A DNA stretch of 64,000 nucleotides. It comes from Raja brachyura (taxonomy: Eukaryota). The notes beneath the pieces are model-generated. The model was not told the DNA's origin. It worked only from the letters and a program-made list of their open reading frames with translations, and did no database searches. Positions 25,710 through 39,044 of this stretch are shown piece by piece. Each line of letters starts with the position of its first letter. The stretch's first letter is position 1. The stretch lies in NCBI GenBank assembly GCA_963514005.1, contig OY740792.1:36084001-36148000 (forward strand), read 5' to 3'. The translations under genes were made by a program, and so were the position numbers.

Positions 25710-26165
25710 CCGTAGGAAGGAACAACAGATGCTGGTTTATACCAAAGATAGACACAAAGTGCTTAAGTAACTCAGCGGGTCAGACAGAATCTCTAGAGAA
25801 AAGGAATTGGTGATGTTTTGGGTGAAGACCCTTCTTCAGACAGAGTCGGGGGAGGGAAACTAGAGGTATGAACAAATCAGAGTCGGCACCGATGCCCATG
25901 AGAGCAGGGGCCCACAATGGATACAGCAGATGAGGTTGGAGGAGGTGCAAGTACCTGGGGAGGGGGTGGTTTGGAAAGGAAGGGATGAGTTGACCAGGGA
26001 GGTGCGATGGGAACGGTGTCTGCAGAAAGTTGGAAGTGGAATGGGGTGGAGATGTGACTCGTGGTGGGATCCCATTGGAGGTGGCGAAAATGTCAGAGAT
26101 CATGTGCTGTATGCAACAGTTGATAGGGTGGGAGGTGAGGATTCAGGGGACTCTGTCCTTAGTTA
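25710..26165 (-). mobile_element. Degenerate Penelope-like fragment with pLTR unit
   Basis: PSPGTCTSSNLICCIHC remnant plus a degenerate hammerhead unit at ~25812-25840. Confidence 0.7.
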
Positions 26166-27290
26166 TTAACTCGGCCTGCACCATCTTCAGATATCTCCAT
26201 ATTCTAACCTACTAGCTAAACTTCAAATCTCTAAAGTACCCATTGGAAATAGAGATAATTCCAATACCTTACTTCCCCCAAGTCCACTTTCCCTCTCATC
26301 TTGCTTCCTGGAGCACAATTGTTGGCTTATGTGTAACCATAAATATATGTTTATCATCTGAAGATTGACTGCAGTCTGAACAATATATGGGCTAATAATA
26401 CTAATGCACTACAACAGCACTTCCAGTCACACTTTGTTACTAAACACCATAAATCTAACATCAAATCTTTTTCTTCGTTAATTCCTTCTTGAAGCTCCTC
26501 ATCATTGTGTCTCTGTTCTTCCACCATCATGAACACTGACAGACTAATCCAGCGCATAAATAGACTCCAAGGCCCAACTTGCCCATGCCACCCAAGATGC
26601 CCCATCTACACTAGTCCCACTTGCTTGTGCTTGGCCCATCTCCCTCTAAACCTATCCTACCCATGTACTTGTTCAAATACCTTTTAAATGCTGTTAAGTA
26701 ACCTGCCTCAAATACCTCCTCTGGCAGCTCGTTCCACATATAGCTACCACCTTGTGTGGAAAAAGTTGCCCCTTTGGTTCCTATTAAATCTTCCCCCCCC
26801 CCCCCCCCACCTTAAACCTATATCCTCTGGTTCTCAATTCCCTTGCTCTTGGTAAAACACTCAGTACATTCACCTTATATTTCTCTTTGTGATTTTATAA
26901 GATCACTCCTCAGCCTCCCACGCCCCAAGAAATAAAGTCCTAGCCTGCCCAAACTCTTCTTGGAGCTCAGGCCTTCGAGTCCTGGCAACATCCTCGTAAA
27001 TCTTCTCTGAAATGCAAAAAAAGTCACAAGTTTTTTTCCTTTCCCGTAGTTTCTGCTTTTGTTTTATTCCTTAGCTTATTATCTTTTTCTTTGCCTCAGA
27101 CCTATATAGAACAGCACAGCACAGGCCCTTTGGCCCACAATGTCCGTGCTGACCATGATGCTGATAAACTAATCTCCTCTGCCTACATGTGATCCATATC
27201 CCTCTGTTCCATGCATATCCATGTGCAGTTACCTTATTTATTCCCCTCACGATCGTATACACTGCTGTAGGATCACCCCTGATCCTCCTC

Positions 27291-27412
27291 CTTCTTCTTT
27301 CGTGTGCACAGCCTAAAGTTGTTGGACAACTTGTTTTATTGGATCTTCCGTTTGTGCCCGTCGAGTTGATTGCATTACTCGAAACAGGGCGGACCACGTG
27401 AAAGTTGCAATC
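27291..27412 (-). mobile_element. Short retroposed element with an (AAG)n tail inserted in a CR1 fragment
   Basis: CR1 sequence gatcctcctc...gctccaagg is split by 122 bp; the minus strand ends in gaaagaagaag. Confidence 0.6.
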
Positions 27413-30400
27413 GCTCCAAGGAATAAAGTCCTGGTAAACATTCAAGCTGAAGCTAGACAGGCTTTGCCTCTGTCCTTCCCTTTTGTCACATGCGGGGAGC
27501 TGACGTCTACAGATCTAACAAACCATCGCTCATGGGACGTCTGATCCCCTTGAGTTGTCTCCACATTCCAGCCCGAGCTAAATTCACCCCATTCAGAGCA
27601 GGAAACAGCCGAAGCTCTGTAGTCATCAGACTCTTTCCCACGACTTATTTTGCACAGTACAACAGCATCATCTGACTGACACAAGATGACCTTGCTGCAG
27701 AACATCATTCCCTGCTTCTCTTTCATCTTGTTTCTCGATCGTTGCAGTGACTGCATTGTGACCGTTACAACAATGAACTAATTGCCTTTCTCCGTCGGGA
27801 TAGATTGCCGCCCATCCTCCCTATACTTCATGGGCCTGTTTTGTCTAGTTCACAGATACAGATTGCAGAAATAGGCCCTTCAGCCCACTAATTCCACACC
27901 GACCAGCGCTCACCCCATACACTAGATTAGTTTACAGATACATCGCGGAAATGGGCCCTTCGGCCCACGCTGACCAGCGTTCACCCCGCACACTGCAAGG
28001 GCCAGGAAGCTAGCGGGTAAGATCATCACTGACCCCTCTCACACTGGCCACAAACTCTTTGAATCACTTCCCTCTGGAAGGCGACTCCGGACTGTCAAAG
28101 CTGCCACAGCCAGACATAAAAACGTATCCACGAGTAGTTGCTCTTCTCAACAGCCAAAAACCTGTAGCCTCCCTTTGATCTGATATTTTGGTAGTTCACA
28201 TGCTTAATCAATGGTGTTTTATCATTAATGTTTTATTATTATTATTAATATTAAGTGTTTTCTGAGTCATTCGTAAAAGTCACTGTATATCATGTTGTTA
28301 CTTGTGGGCGGAGCACCAAGGCAAATTCCTTGTATGTGAATACTTGGCCAATAAACTTAAACTTACTTATCCTACACACGAGGGACAATTTATAAATCTT
28401 TATCAAAGCCAGTTAGTCTACAAACCTGTATGCCTGTTGAATGTGGGACGAAATCGGAGCACCCAGGGAAAACCCACGCGGTCACAGGGAGAACGTAAAA
28501 CTCCGTATAGGACGGAGCCCGTAGTTAGGATCGAACCCGGGTCTCTGGCACTGTAAGGCAGCAACTCTACCGCAGCTGCACTGATCCACCCTTGTAAAAG
28601 TGCACCACAGGATATGTTTCCAGCTCGTGATTGTCTTCACAGATGCCCCTCCCATGAAGTGAGATAACATTGAACTAATGTGAGTGGGTGATCGATGGTC
28701 GGTGTGGACTCAATGGGCCGAAGGACCTACTTCCATGCTGTATCTGTAAACTATTTACCTTCAGCACAAAAATCTCGCCTCCAATGCACAGCGGTATTTG
28801 CTTTACTGACAGCCTGGTACGTAGAACATAGAACAGTACAGCACAGGATGCTACCGTGGGTGCCTGCGGACTTTAACATCACTGAGCTCGCGGTCTCTAG
28901 TTAGAAACCAACTTTAGGGAGCTCCAAGCCGCGGGAGCTTCGATCGCCCCGACTGTGGATGGTTCAACTGCCCCAACCACGGGAGAATAAAAGAGGAAGA
29001 GGATTGACTTTTTTGCCTTCCATCACAGCGAGGAATCCGCCTTGGTGGATGTTTATGTTAATATTTATGTAGTTGTGTTTTTTTTTAAAGTATGGCTGTT
29101 TGGTAATTGGAAAGTCACTGTACCTTGATTGGTACATGTGACAATAAATTGACTTTGAAACCTTGAAATCTTGTCTTTTTTTGCAAACCAGCATCTGCAG
29201 CTCCTTGAATCTAAGTTAACGTACTCTCCAGCTCACATGCAGATGGTTGATTACAGAATCAAATGCCAAAGGCTTTGGTGATATTCCAATTTGGTAGGAA
29301 GGAACTGCAGATAATGGTTTACACTAGAAATAGACACAAAATGCTGGAGTAACTCAGCGGGTCAAGCAGCATCTCTGGAGAAAGAAATAGGTGATGTTTC
29401 AGGTCGAGACCCTTCTTCAGACAGAGAGACAACTGAGAGGGAAACTAGAGATATGGAAAGGTACAGAACAAATCAGAGCCTGCACCGATGGCCAAGGAGC
29501 CCACAATGGTCCATTGATGGCTGTGTTTAATTGTCATATTTACTGACAGTTCTTATTTGCAGCAGCACAACAGGCCTGTAAACACAATACATGTAGATAA
29601 TATAAAATCAAAACTTCAATAAGGTAATAATCACAATATTAATGCAAAAAAGCCCAAAGTTCTTATCACAATCGGTACTTTATAACTGTAGTGTTCAAGA
29701 ACCTGTTCATTGTTGGGAAGAGTGGGAATGTTTAATGGAAATGTGTAAGTTTGATTTTGCATTGAGAGTGGAGGGGGCCTGGGGTGGTGGTGGAGACAGA
29801 TACCACAGTGGAATTTAAGAGGTTTATTAATAGATACATGGAAATGAAGGTAATAGAGGGATATGAATCATGTACAGGAAGATGAGATGCGTCTAACTTA
29901 GCATCACGTTCAGCCCAAACATTGTGGGCCGAAGGGCCCGTTCCCGTGCTGCACTGTTCTGTTCTATGAGCCAACAATGTCACGTGTGGTAGGTCGTTTG
30001 CATGCTGTAACTAAAGGAGGCAGTTTGATGGTGGTTTGTCTTAGTTGATGAAGAGCAAGACTTCCAAGTAAAGCAGATAAAAGAGCCTTTAATATTGCTT
30101 CGAACAGCTGTGTGACAGCTGCTACCTAAAAGTGGTCCTGAATCTCCCTTCCACCGCACTGCACAGCAAAGCGGAGCTGACAGGCGCGTAGCATCAAAAT
30201 GTATAATTAGACCTCCTCATTAGTGAGAAATGGCCGATCGATTAAAGCAAGCAGCCAACCCAAATGACACGCAGGTCTCCAGAGATCAAATTCACAATTC
30301 TCCCTAGCAATGGATATAACTAATAAGGAACAGAATCATGACCTGTGCAAGTTCCAAGCACACACTAAGGTGGAAACATTTGGGCAGCAATCAAAATATT

Positions 30401-30942
30401 TATTAGGATCTCGCATCACCCCACCCCGCCACACGTGTGAATATTTAATAAATCCCATGTTTTAAACAGTGGGCCAAACCCACATTATTCACACTTGAAT
30501 TCATGCTCATTTCTTCATCAAAAGAGACAAGAGAGCTTAATTGTCATATGATAGACACAATAAGCTGGAGTAACTCAGTGGGTCACGCAGCATCTCTGGA
30601 GAAAAGGAACAGGTGACGTTTTGGGTCAAGAGCGGAGTTACTCCAGCATTTTGTGTCAATACCAGCATCTGCAGTTTCATCAGTTGTCATATGTCTCAGC
30701 ATGAAATTCTGCTGTCTGATAGAGATATATTTAGGATTAGATTTATTATTGTCACGTGTACCAAGGTACGGTGAAAAGCTTTTGTTACATGCTAACCAGT
30801 CAGCGGCAAGACAATACAAAATTTTGCTTAGCATGCTATCCAAAAAGGTCAGATAATACCATACACAATCAGGTCAAACTCAAGCACAATAAGTAGAGCA
30901 AAGGGGAAGGTACAGAGTGCAGAATGTAGTTCTCAGCATTGT

Positions 30943-31528
30943 AACGCATCAGTTCCAGAGACAGAGTCCAATGTTCACAATGGGGTGGAGGTGAAAGGAA
31001 CAGTACCCGAGTTTATGGAAGGATTGTTCAGAAGCCTGATAGCTGAGGGGAAGAAGCTGTTCCTTAGTCTGGTGGTGCACGTTTTCAAGCATCTACACCT
31101 TCTGCCTGACGCGTGTGGGAAGAAGGAATGACCAGGCGTGGGATAGGTCTTTGATTATGTTGGTTGTTTTTCCCAAAGCAGTGTCGTGTGGATGGAATCA
31201 TAGTCAATGGTGGGGAGTTTGGTCAATGTGATGGACTGGGCTGCATCTACAACTCTCTGCAAAGGGTTATAAAATAGAAGGCATACAGATAGGGTAGACA
31301 GTCAGAATCTTTTTCTCCCCCCAGGGTGGAAGAATCAAATACTAGAGCTCTAAGATGAGATGAAAGTTTAAAGGAGATGTGCAGAGCACGTTTTTTCCCC
31401 CTACACAGAGGGTGATGGGTGCCTGGAACATGCTGGCAGTGTGGTAGTGGAGGCAGATACAATGGTGGTGTTTAAGGGGCTGTTAGTTAGGCACATGGAT
31501 ATGTAGTGAATTAAGAGATATGGATGAT
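30943..31528. repeat. Donor copy of a ~585-bp local duplication
   Basis: Near-identical to 32412-32996. Confidence 0.95.
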
Positions 31529-32411
31529 GTACAGGCAGAGGAGACTAGGTCTAATGTCAAATCGTTGCATAAAACACTTCTCTGAAACAAGTTTTAGAGC
31601 TTGGAAAATTGTCACAACATCAAAATAATTCTCCTCCGACTCCTAAATGTTTTAATAGTGACAGAGTTAGCAAAAAAAAAAAATTAAATGCATATGATAG
31701 TGGCATTTAATAGACTTTTGGATGGGCACATGGATATGCAGGGAGTGGAGAGACATGGAGCACGTGCAGGCAGCTCTTGGCATATATTTAGCATGTATGT
31801 TGTGGGTCAAAGGGCCTGTTCTGTCTTCTATGTTGTTTTATCCTCAGCATCCCAAATGAAGCTTGAGGAAGGGCACAGTGGTAGAGTTGCAGCCTTGCAG
31901 CACCACAGACCCAGGCTCAATGCTCGGGTGCTGTCAGTACAGAGTTTGCATGTTTTCCCTTTGACAGCGTAGATTTTCCCCGGGTGCTCCGGTTTCCTCC
32001 TACACTCAAAGTACAGGTTTGTAGGTTAATTGGCTTCATTAAGTTGTAAAATTGTCCCTAGTATGTAGTGTACGGGGTGTGATCGCTGGTCAGTATGGAT
32101 TTCTTTGGGCCAAAGGGCCCGTTTCCACTCTATCATTAATGTCTCAAGTTTAACAGCAAAATGTAGACATGAGGAACTGCAAAAGTAATTAGAATTTCAC
32201 TGTGCCTTAATTGGTACATGTGACAATAAACTGACATTGAAACCTTGCAAATGCCGTTTTATCAAAAAGACAAAGTGCTCGACTAACTTTACTAAACAGA
32301 ACGCCATACCCTTTACCTGTACACTGTGGATGGTGCGATTGTGTAGAATTTCCACTGACTGCATAGCATGCAACACAAAGGCTTTTCACTGTACTTCTGT
32401 ACGATAAACTA

Positions 32412-32996
32412 AACGCATCAGTTCCAGAGACAGAGTCCAATGTTCACAATGGGGTGGAGGTGAAAGGAACAGTACCCGAGTTTATGGAAGGATTGTTCAG
32501 AAGCCTGATAGCTGAGGGGAAGAAGCTGTTCCTTAGTCTGGTGGTGCACGTTTTCAAGCATCTACACTTTCTGCCTGACGCGTGTGGGAAGAAGGAATGA
32601 CCAGGGGTGGGATAGGTCTTTGATTATGTTGGTTGTTTTTCCCAAAGCAGTGTCGTGTGGATGGAGTCATAGTCAATGGTGGGGAGTTTGGTCAATGTGA
32701 TGGGCTGGGCTACATCTACAACTCTCTGCAAAGGGTTATAAAATAGAAGGCATACAGATAGGGTAGACAGTCAGAATCTTTTTCTCCCCCAGGGTGGAAG
32801 AATCAAATACTAGAGCTCTAAGATGAGATGAAAGTTTAAAGGAGATGTGCAGAGCACGTTTTTTCCCCCTACACAGAGGGTGATGGGTGCCTGGAACATG
32901 CTGGCAGTGTGGTAGTGGAGGCAGATACAATGGTGGTGTTTAAGGGGCTGTTAGTTAGGCACATGGATATGTAGTGAATTAAGAGATATGGATGAT
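32412..32996. repeat. Second copy of the ~585-bp local duplication
   Basis: Near-identical to 30943-31528; bounded by gataaactaaac at both ends. Confidence 0.95.
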
Positions 32997-33111
32997 AAAC
33001 TAAACTAACACAGCGTGTAAGGCAGCATCTCTGGAGAACATGGACCGGCGACGTTACGTGTCGGGATCCTTCATCTCAAGTTCCAACTGGACACATCACT
33101 CTCCTGGATTC

Positions 33112-33847
33112 GACAAGCAGCTCAACATTTTCAGATAGTTGTTTAAGAAAGAACTGCAGATGCTGGAAAAATCAAAGGTAGGCAAAAATGCTGGAGAAAC
33201 TCAGTGGGTGAGCGAAGGAATAGGTGACGTTTCGAGTCGAGACCTTTCTTCAGATAATCAGTATTTGAATTCCACATTTTCAGTTGACGCTCCATGTTTC
33301 TATAGTAATATGAGATAATCACTCCACACGTAGCTACACCTCCTCCAGACTACACTCTATTCCCATTACCACCACCTTTTACTTTGCACGTCCCTTTTCT
33401 CTCGTCATTAAATCTCCAACCTTCCGCCCACTTCCATAAATTAATTTAACCTGGGAATGCTGTGAAGTGTCGGCCAATGCCATTGGTCCCGGCCTGAAAC
33501 AATGCCTGTCCATCCCCTCCACAGATGCAGCCTGAGCTGCTGAGTTACTACGCCAATTTGGGCTACAAGGACAGGCATTGTTTCAGGTCAGGACTAACGA
33601 CATTGGCCGACACTTGATGGCAATCGCAGGTTAAATTAATTTACAGAACTGGGCAGAAGGTCAGAGATTTAATGACGAGAGAAAAGGGACGTGCAAAGTA
33701 AAAGGTGATGGTAATGGGAATAGAGTAGTCTGGAGGAGGTGTAGCTACGTGTGGAGTGATTATCTCGTATTACTATAGAAACATGGAGCGTCAACTGAAA
33801 ATGTGGAATTTAAATACTGATTATCTGAAGAAGTTGAGCAGCTTGTC
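33112..33847. repeat. Long inverted repeat (~290-bp arms, ~55-bp spacer)
   Basis: 33245-33512 is the reverse complement of ~33567-33831. The left arm extends to ~33112 across an inserted hammerhead unit. Confidence 0.9.
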
Positions 33848-36800
33848 AATTCATCCCCTGTTGCAAATCATCATCTCCTGTTCCTTGTTTTGGACTTTAG
33901 AGAGCCCGAGTCCCACTGAGTCCAAGACAACCAATGATCGCCCTGTACACTAACACTATCCTACACACTAGGGACAATTTACATTTCTTTTAACCCAGGC
34001 CAATTAACTTACAAACCTGTACATCTTTGGGATGTGGGAGGAAACCAGAGTTCCCGGTTTAAAGATTCCACCATCTCCAGGTCCTTGTGTCTCCATCTGG
34101 AATAATTCCCAGTTCTGATAAAAGACCATTGACTCGGACAGTAACCCTGCTCCGTTCTCTCCATAGATGCTGCCTGATCTGCTGAGTATTTCCAGACTTA
34201 GTCATTTTACTGAATATATACACAAAGTGCTGCAGTAACTCAGGGCGTCAGGCAGCATCTCTGGAGAAGAGGAATAGGTGACATTTTGGGTCAAAACCCT
34301 TCTTTAGACAATATTAGTTATCAGTAGAAATTCCACGACACTTGCTACATACTATGACAACCACAAATGGAAACTAAAATGTGCTACAGGATTGTTTTCT
34401 CTGAAGAAGAGTTTGATGGGAGACCCATTAGAAGTCTATAAGATAATGAGAGGTTTAGATAGGGTAGAGTAGACAGTCAGAACCTTTTTCTCAGGATGGA
34501 AATGTCGCAGACGAGATGAGTTTAAGATGAGAGGGGCAAAGTTTAAAGGAAGACTGCAAGGCAAGTATTTTTTTATTTTTCCACACAGAGGGTGGTGGGT
34601 AGAAACAAAGAACAGCAGAAGCTGGTTTATATCAAAGATAAACACAAAGTGCTGGAGTAAGAGCAGGTCAGGCAGTATCCCTGCAGAACAAAAGATAGGT
34701 GACGTTTTGGGTCGAGACTCTTCATCAGACTGAAGGTAGGGGGTGCTTGGAACTGCCTCCACCACTGCCAGGGGTGGTGGTGGAGGCAGATATGATTGTG
34801 GTGTTGAAAAAGGCTTTTGGATAGACAGATGGATATGTAGGGAATGGAGGGGTGTGGATCAAATGAAGGCGGAGATTAGTTTAATCTGGCATCATGTTCA
34901 GCAGGGACATTGTGGGTGGAAGGGCCTGTTCCTGTGCTGCAATGTTCTATAGTCAATGATCAAGCCTCCACCTTGAACTGTGCTGTTCCCAAGTAGAACT
35001 ATGAGATAATCCATGAACATGAAGCAGCCCACCTATAAATCACGCAGTTTTATCAAAGCTGCCAAATGTTACATATTATCGTGATGACTTTAAATAATTT
35101 CAGTGCCAAGAATCAAACAACTTTAAGGAGTCCTTGACCCCAAATAATGTTAGCTGCTAGGAATTATTCATCAATTGTACTCGCTATGTAGAAGTTTCCG
35201 GACTTACAGCACCTTAGTAATGTTATTTAACACCGTATGGCATGGTCAAGTTTTCCTTAGTCAATTTGAATTGATCTTTTTTGTGTCCACCTTTCCTGGG
35301 TCATCGGTACCAGCTCTGATTTGTTCTGTACCTCTAGTTTTCCTCTCCCCTGACTCTCGGTCTGAAGAAGGGTCTCGACCCGAAACATCACCCATTTCCT
35401 TTCTACAGAGATGCTGCCTGACCCGCTGAGTTACTCCATCTTTTTGTGTCCACCCTTTGCCTTCTTTCATCTCTAACCATTGACACTTACTCCACTTATC
35501 TGCCAATTTACTTGTAGAAACAAGGAACTGCACATGCTGGTTTACCAAGGAAAGGCACAAAATGCTGGAGTAATTCAGCAGGTCAGACAGCGTCGCTGGA
35601 GAACATAGATAGGTGATGTTTCAGGTCAGGACCCTTCTTCACTTTAAAACGTCACGTATCCATGTTGTCCAGAGATGCTGCCAGATCTGCTGAGTTACTC
35701 CAGCAATTTTGGGTCTTTTTTTTTGTAAATTAGCATCTGCCTTCCTATCACTTGGAAGGTTTTATCCCACCCCCATTTCGCTTTCCAGCTTTCCTCCATC
35801 ACTGCAATAAAGTCTGAAGAAGGGTCCCAATCCAAAACATTGTCTGTCCATTCTCTCCACAGGTGCTGCCTGACCCGCTGAGTTCCTCCAGCACTTTGTA
35901 ATGCGTTTGTGACTGTGTGGATCTCATACCACGATCCATGGATTACTAATGATGAATTGGGGATAAAATGAGGGGCAGGATTTATTTGCATTGTTATTCC
36001 TGGCTGCTATTAGGAAACTATAATCATTTGGCTTTAATAAATAGATCTATTTTTGGTGACTACTTGAAAATTCATACTTGCAAATTTCCAAAGTATATTA
36101 GTTTTAGTTTTAGAAATACAGCAACGGAAACAGGCCCTTCAGCCCACCGAGACCACACCGGTTTTATGTTATCACCCTCTCTTATCCCTCCTGCACACTA
36201 GGGGGCGATTTACAGAATGCCAATTAACCTTCAAACCCGCACGTCTTTGGGATGTGGAAGAAAACCCACGTGATCACTGAGAAAATGTGCAAACTCCCTG
36301 CACATACAGCATTGAGGTCAGGGTGGAACCCGGGTGTCTGGCGCTGTGAGGCAGTGGCACTACCAGCTGCCCCTTGTCTGACAGTAATTTGCATTGAAAT
36401 CAAAGGTTTCAGTGATTCACATCCATTAATCACCCTGTTGATCATCACTGCAAAGCAACAAGCAGGAGAGGTTCCATGGACAGGTTGCATCACAGCCTGG
36501 CTTGGGAAACAGCTCTGCCCAAGCGCAAGAAATTGCAGAGCTGTGGATGTAGCTCAGTCCATCACACAGACCAATTTCCTTACTGTTAATTCTGGCCAAA
36601 TTGGAGCTGCCAGGACACTAAAATTGAGGACAGGTTTCTGGGCTGCTAGGCCATTTGGTCAATTTAAATGTGCCTTCTGCAGAAATGGGACAAGCTGCAG
36701 AATGGTGCCAGCTTGTCTAGAGCCTAGATAAGAGTTGCAGGAAAAGAATGGAACATCTGCAGATTCTGACAATTAGATGTAAACTGCAATAAACAGCTTG

Positions 36801-36850
36801 GATGAATGCAAATCAGACGTACACATTGTAAATATTGTTGCAAACCTTTA

Positions 36851-37366
36851 AGGGCCTGTCCTACAAGCATGCAACTCTATGCGATGAACGCAATCAAACT
36901 ATAAGCAGGGGCCGCGCGGAGGTCGGGTGATCCCCTGTACAGGGCTGTTCCCACCAGCATGCGCCTGCATGTGGCAAGCGCAACCAAACCGGCAGTAGGG
37001 GCCGCGCGGAGGTCGGGTGAATGGCGCAACGCGGCGCAAAGTGAGGCGAGCTTGGAGCGAAGTCTAAGGTAAGTTCGCCAGGACAGAGAGGGGCACAGAG
37101 GCACACACACACAGGGCCACGGAGCCACACACATAGAGGGTCACGGAGGCACCTACAGATAGGTTCACGGAGGCACGATGTCGGGGCGGTGTGTAATGCG
37201 TAGAGGCGACTGCGAGCCGACAAGCCGTTGCCGCGCGGAATTTTTGGACATAGTCAGTTTTTCGGAGCCCCGCACGGTGGCGGGACGAACTCCGCACAAT
37301 TCCGCTCGGCTCCGGCGATCGAAGTGGGACCGGCCCCGCAATGCCAGACAGCTCAAGCGACCACGT
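36851..37366 (+). mobile_element. Harbinger-type MITE, right end deleted, inserted in the 5' LTR
   Basis: tta+agggcctgtcc left TIR; colinear with the complete copy at 58124-58674 up to gcgaccacgt. The empty TTA site is seen in the 3' LTR (~42265). Confidence 0.88.
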
Positions 37367-39044
37367 CCCCATATAGAAGTCCAGTCTTAGCAGGGGAAAG
37401 TAGTATTTGGGAGGAAAAGTTGTCCATTTAAGAAGTAGTCCCCCACAGGAAAGAGTACCCTAGGAACGGGAAAATCTTCGGTATCAGAGGGAGAGGTTCA
37501 CTGATTGATAACAGCGTGACGCAGCATTGAGATCGAGTGTTTGTAAACTGTGCGCTAGCATAAATTACTATTGTAAATTGTGGAAATCCAGCATCATCTT
37601 TTGTAGCATTTTTATTGGATCTGAATTGTATAAATACTTAAGATTTAGAGTGTGTTAAGTTCGCGGACCGCTACTTGTATTGCCCGTGTGCGTGCTTAAG
37701 GATTTTTGGTTGTAGGATAATTGAAGTAAAAGTGCGTTTGAATTAAATATTTTTATTTGTTTAAATCGGGATTGTACTATTGTTAGAATCTGATTTGTGG
37801 TAGTTTGATCAAGGTTCGTATTCTTTCGATCGCTGTGTCGGGGGAGGAGTCGTTCCGTTGAATGAGTACGCCACAATGAGTGTGATTTACTGTCATAATA
37901 AGTGGATGCTTGTAGTTTCAATTGGGGTGTGTCTGGGTTTACTTGTAATCAGGGGAATAATTTCTTGTTTGATTGTAGTTTTACTTGTGTGGTTCGGGTT
38001 TGTTTGTCTGTGTGAACTTAAAGTGTTTTGAGTGGGAGAGATTGCTGCTTGGGAAAGATTGCTATTAAGAGCCGGAGCTTTAGTTTTTGAAATCGGAGAT
38101 TCTTTGTTTGAAGGCTGAAAGTTGAATGAGGTGATTGTGATTTAGCTGATAAGAAAGTTGGGAGAGCGATTGAATAAGAGCGATTGATTCGAATAATTGA
38201 ATAGGAGCGATTGAGTGGGTGATTGAATAACGGTTGGAAGAGAACGATTGTGTGAGAAGTGTGAATCTGCCAAACGCTAGCCATTGTGTGGGGGTGATTT
38301 CAGTGGCCTTGGACTCTGAAAAGAAGGAGCGAGTATTGAATAAGTGTGTGTCTGGATTTTTATTTGTATTGTGACTATTGTGCTGAAGGGTGGGGAATGT
38401 TTCAGAGTAGGACCTATCAAATATACCCGAAAGGCTGATAAGAATATATTTTTTGAGAAACTTCCACACAAAACAGAGAGATTAAGTGGATTATCTGGAA
38501 AATTAAATAGAGTTTTGAGGAATGAACTTTGGCCGATAGGTGAACTAAAACCAATAGTAGGAATAACCTACATAGAGACAATTATTTGAAGATAGGGAAA
38601 CAGTGAAGGGAACCAGCTTATTAAAATATGGAGAATGTTCTTCACAGATAAGTAAATAAAGAGATTGTTCCGCTTTCTTCCAAGAATGGCGGCGTTTAAA
38701 TTAGGGATTAGAATGGAAAAAGAGAGAACTGGTCCTTCTCTGGACATTCTGGAACAGGGGAAGGAAGATAGTGGAAGCCAGCAGCAGGAGCAGGAGAGAA
38801 CATCAGCTTTTAAAAAAGAAATGACTCAGATGACTCTTAAAGGGAAGGTGCCGACTAAAATCAAACTTATTAAATTTAGTAAGAGCCGCGGTTAGCGTGG
38901 ACCTCGAGGGGAGAGAAGCCCAATATATGCAAGGGAGTGCAGACTTTTTTCTGAGTAGAGTCACAGCATTCCGCACAGCACTCTCATGTTCTTAGTTCGG
39001 AGACGCCATGCGCAGCTTGCGAGCAGGGCGCTCAGGAGGAGTCA

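Noticed and set aside
27291-27412. HDV-like ribozyme on the minus strand (gattgca...tgcaatc P1-like stem, tccg/cgga P2-like)
   Set aside because: I could not form P3 or the P1.1 pairing, so the fold is unsupported.
36851-37366. CpG-island promoter
   Set aside because: The CpG richness is due to a MITE that has a second copy at 58124-58674.
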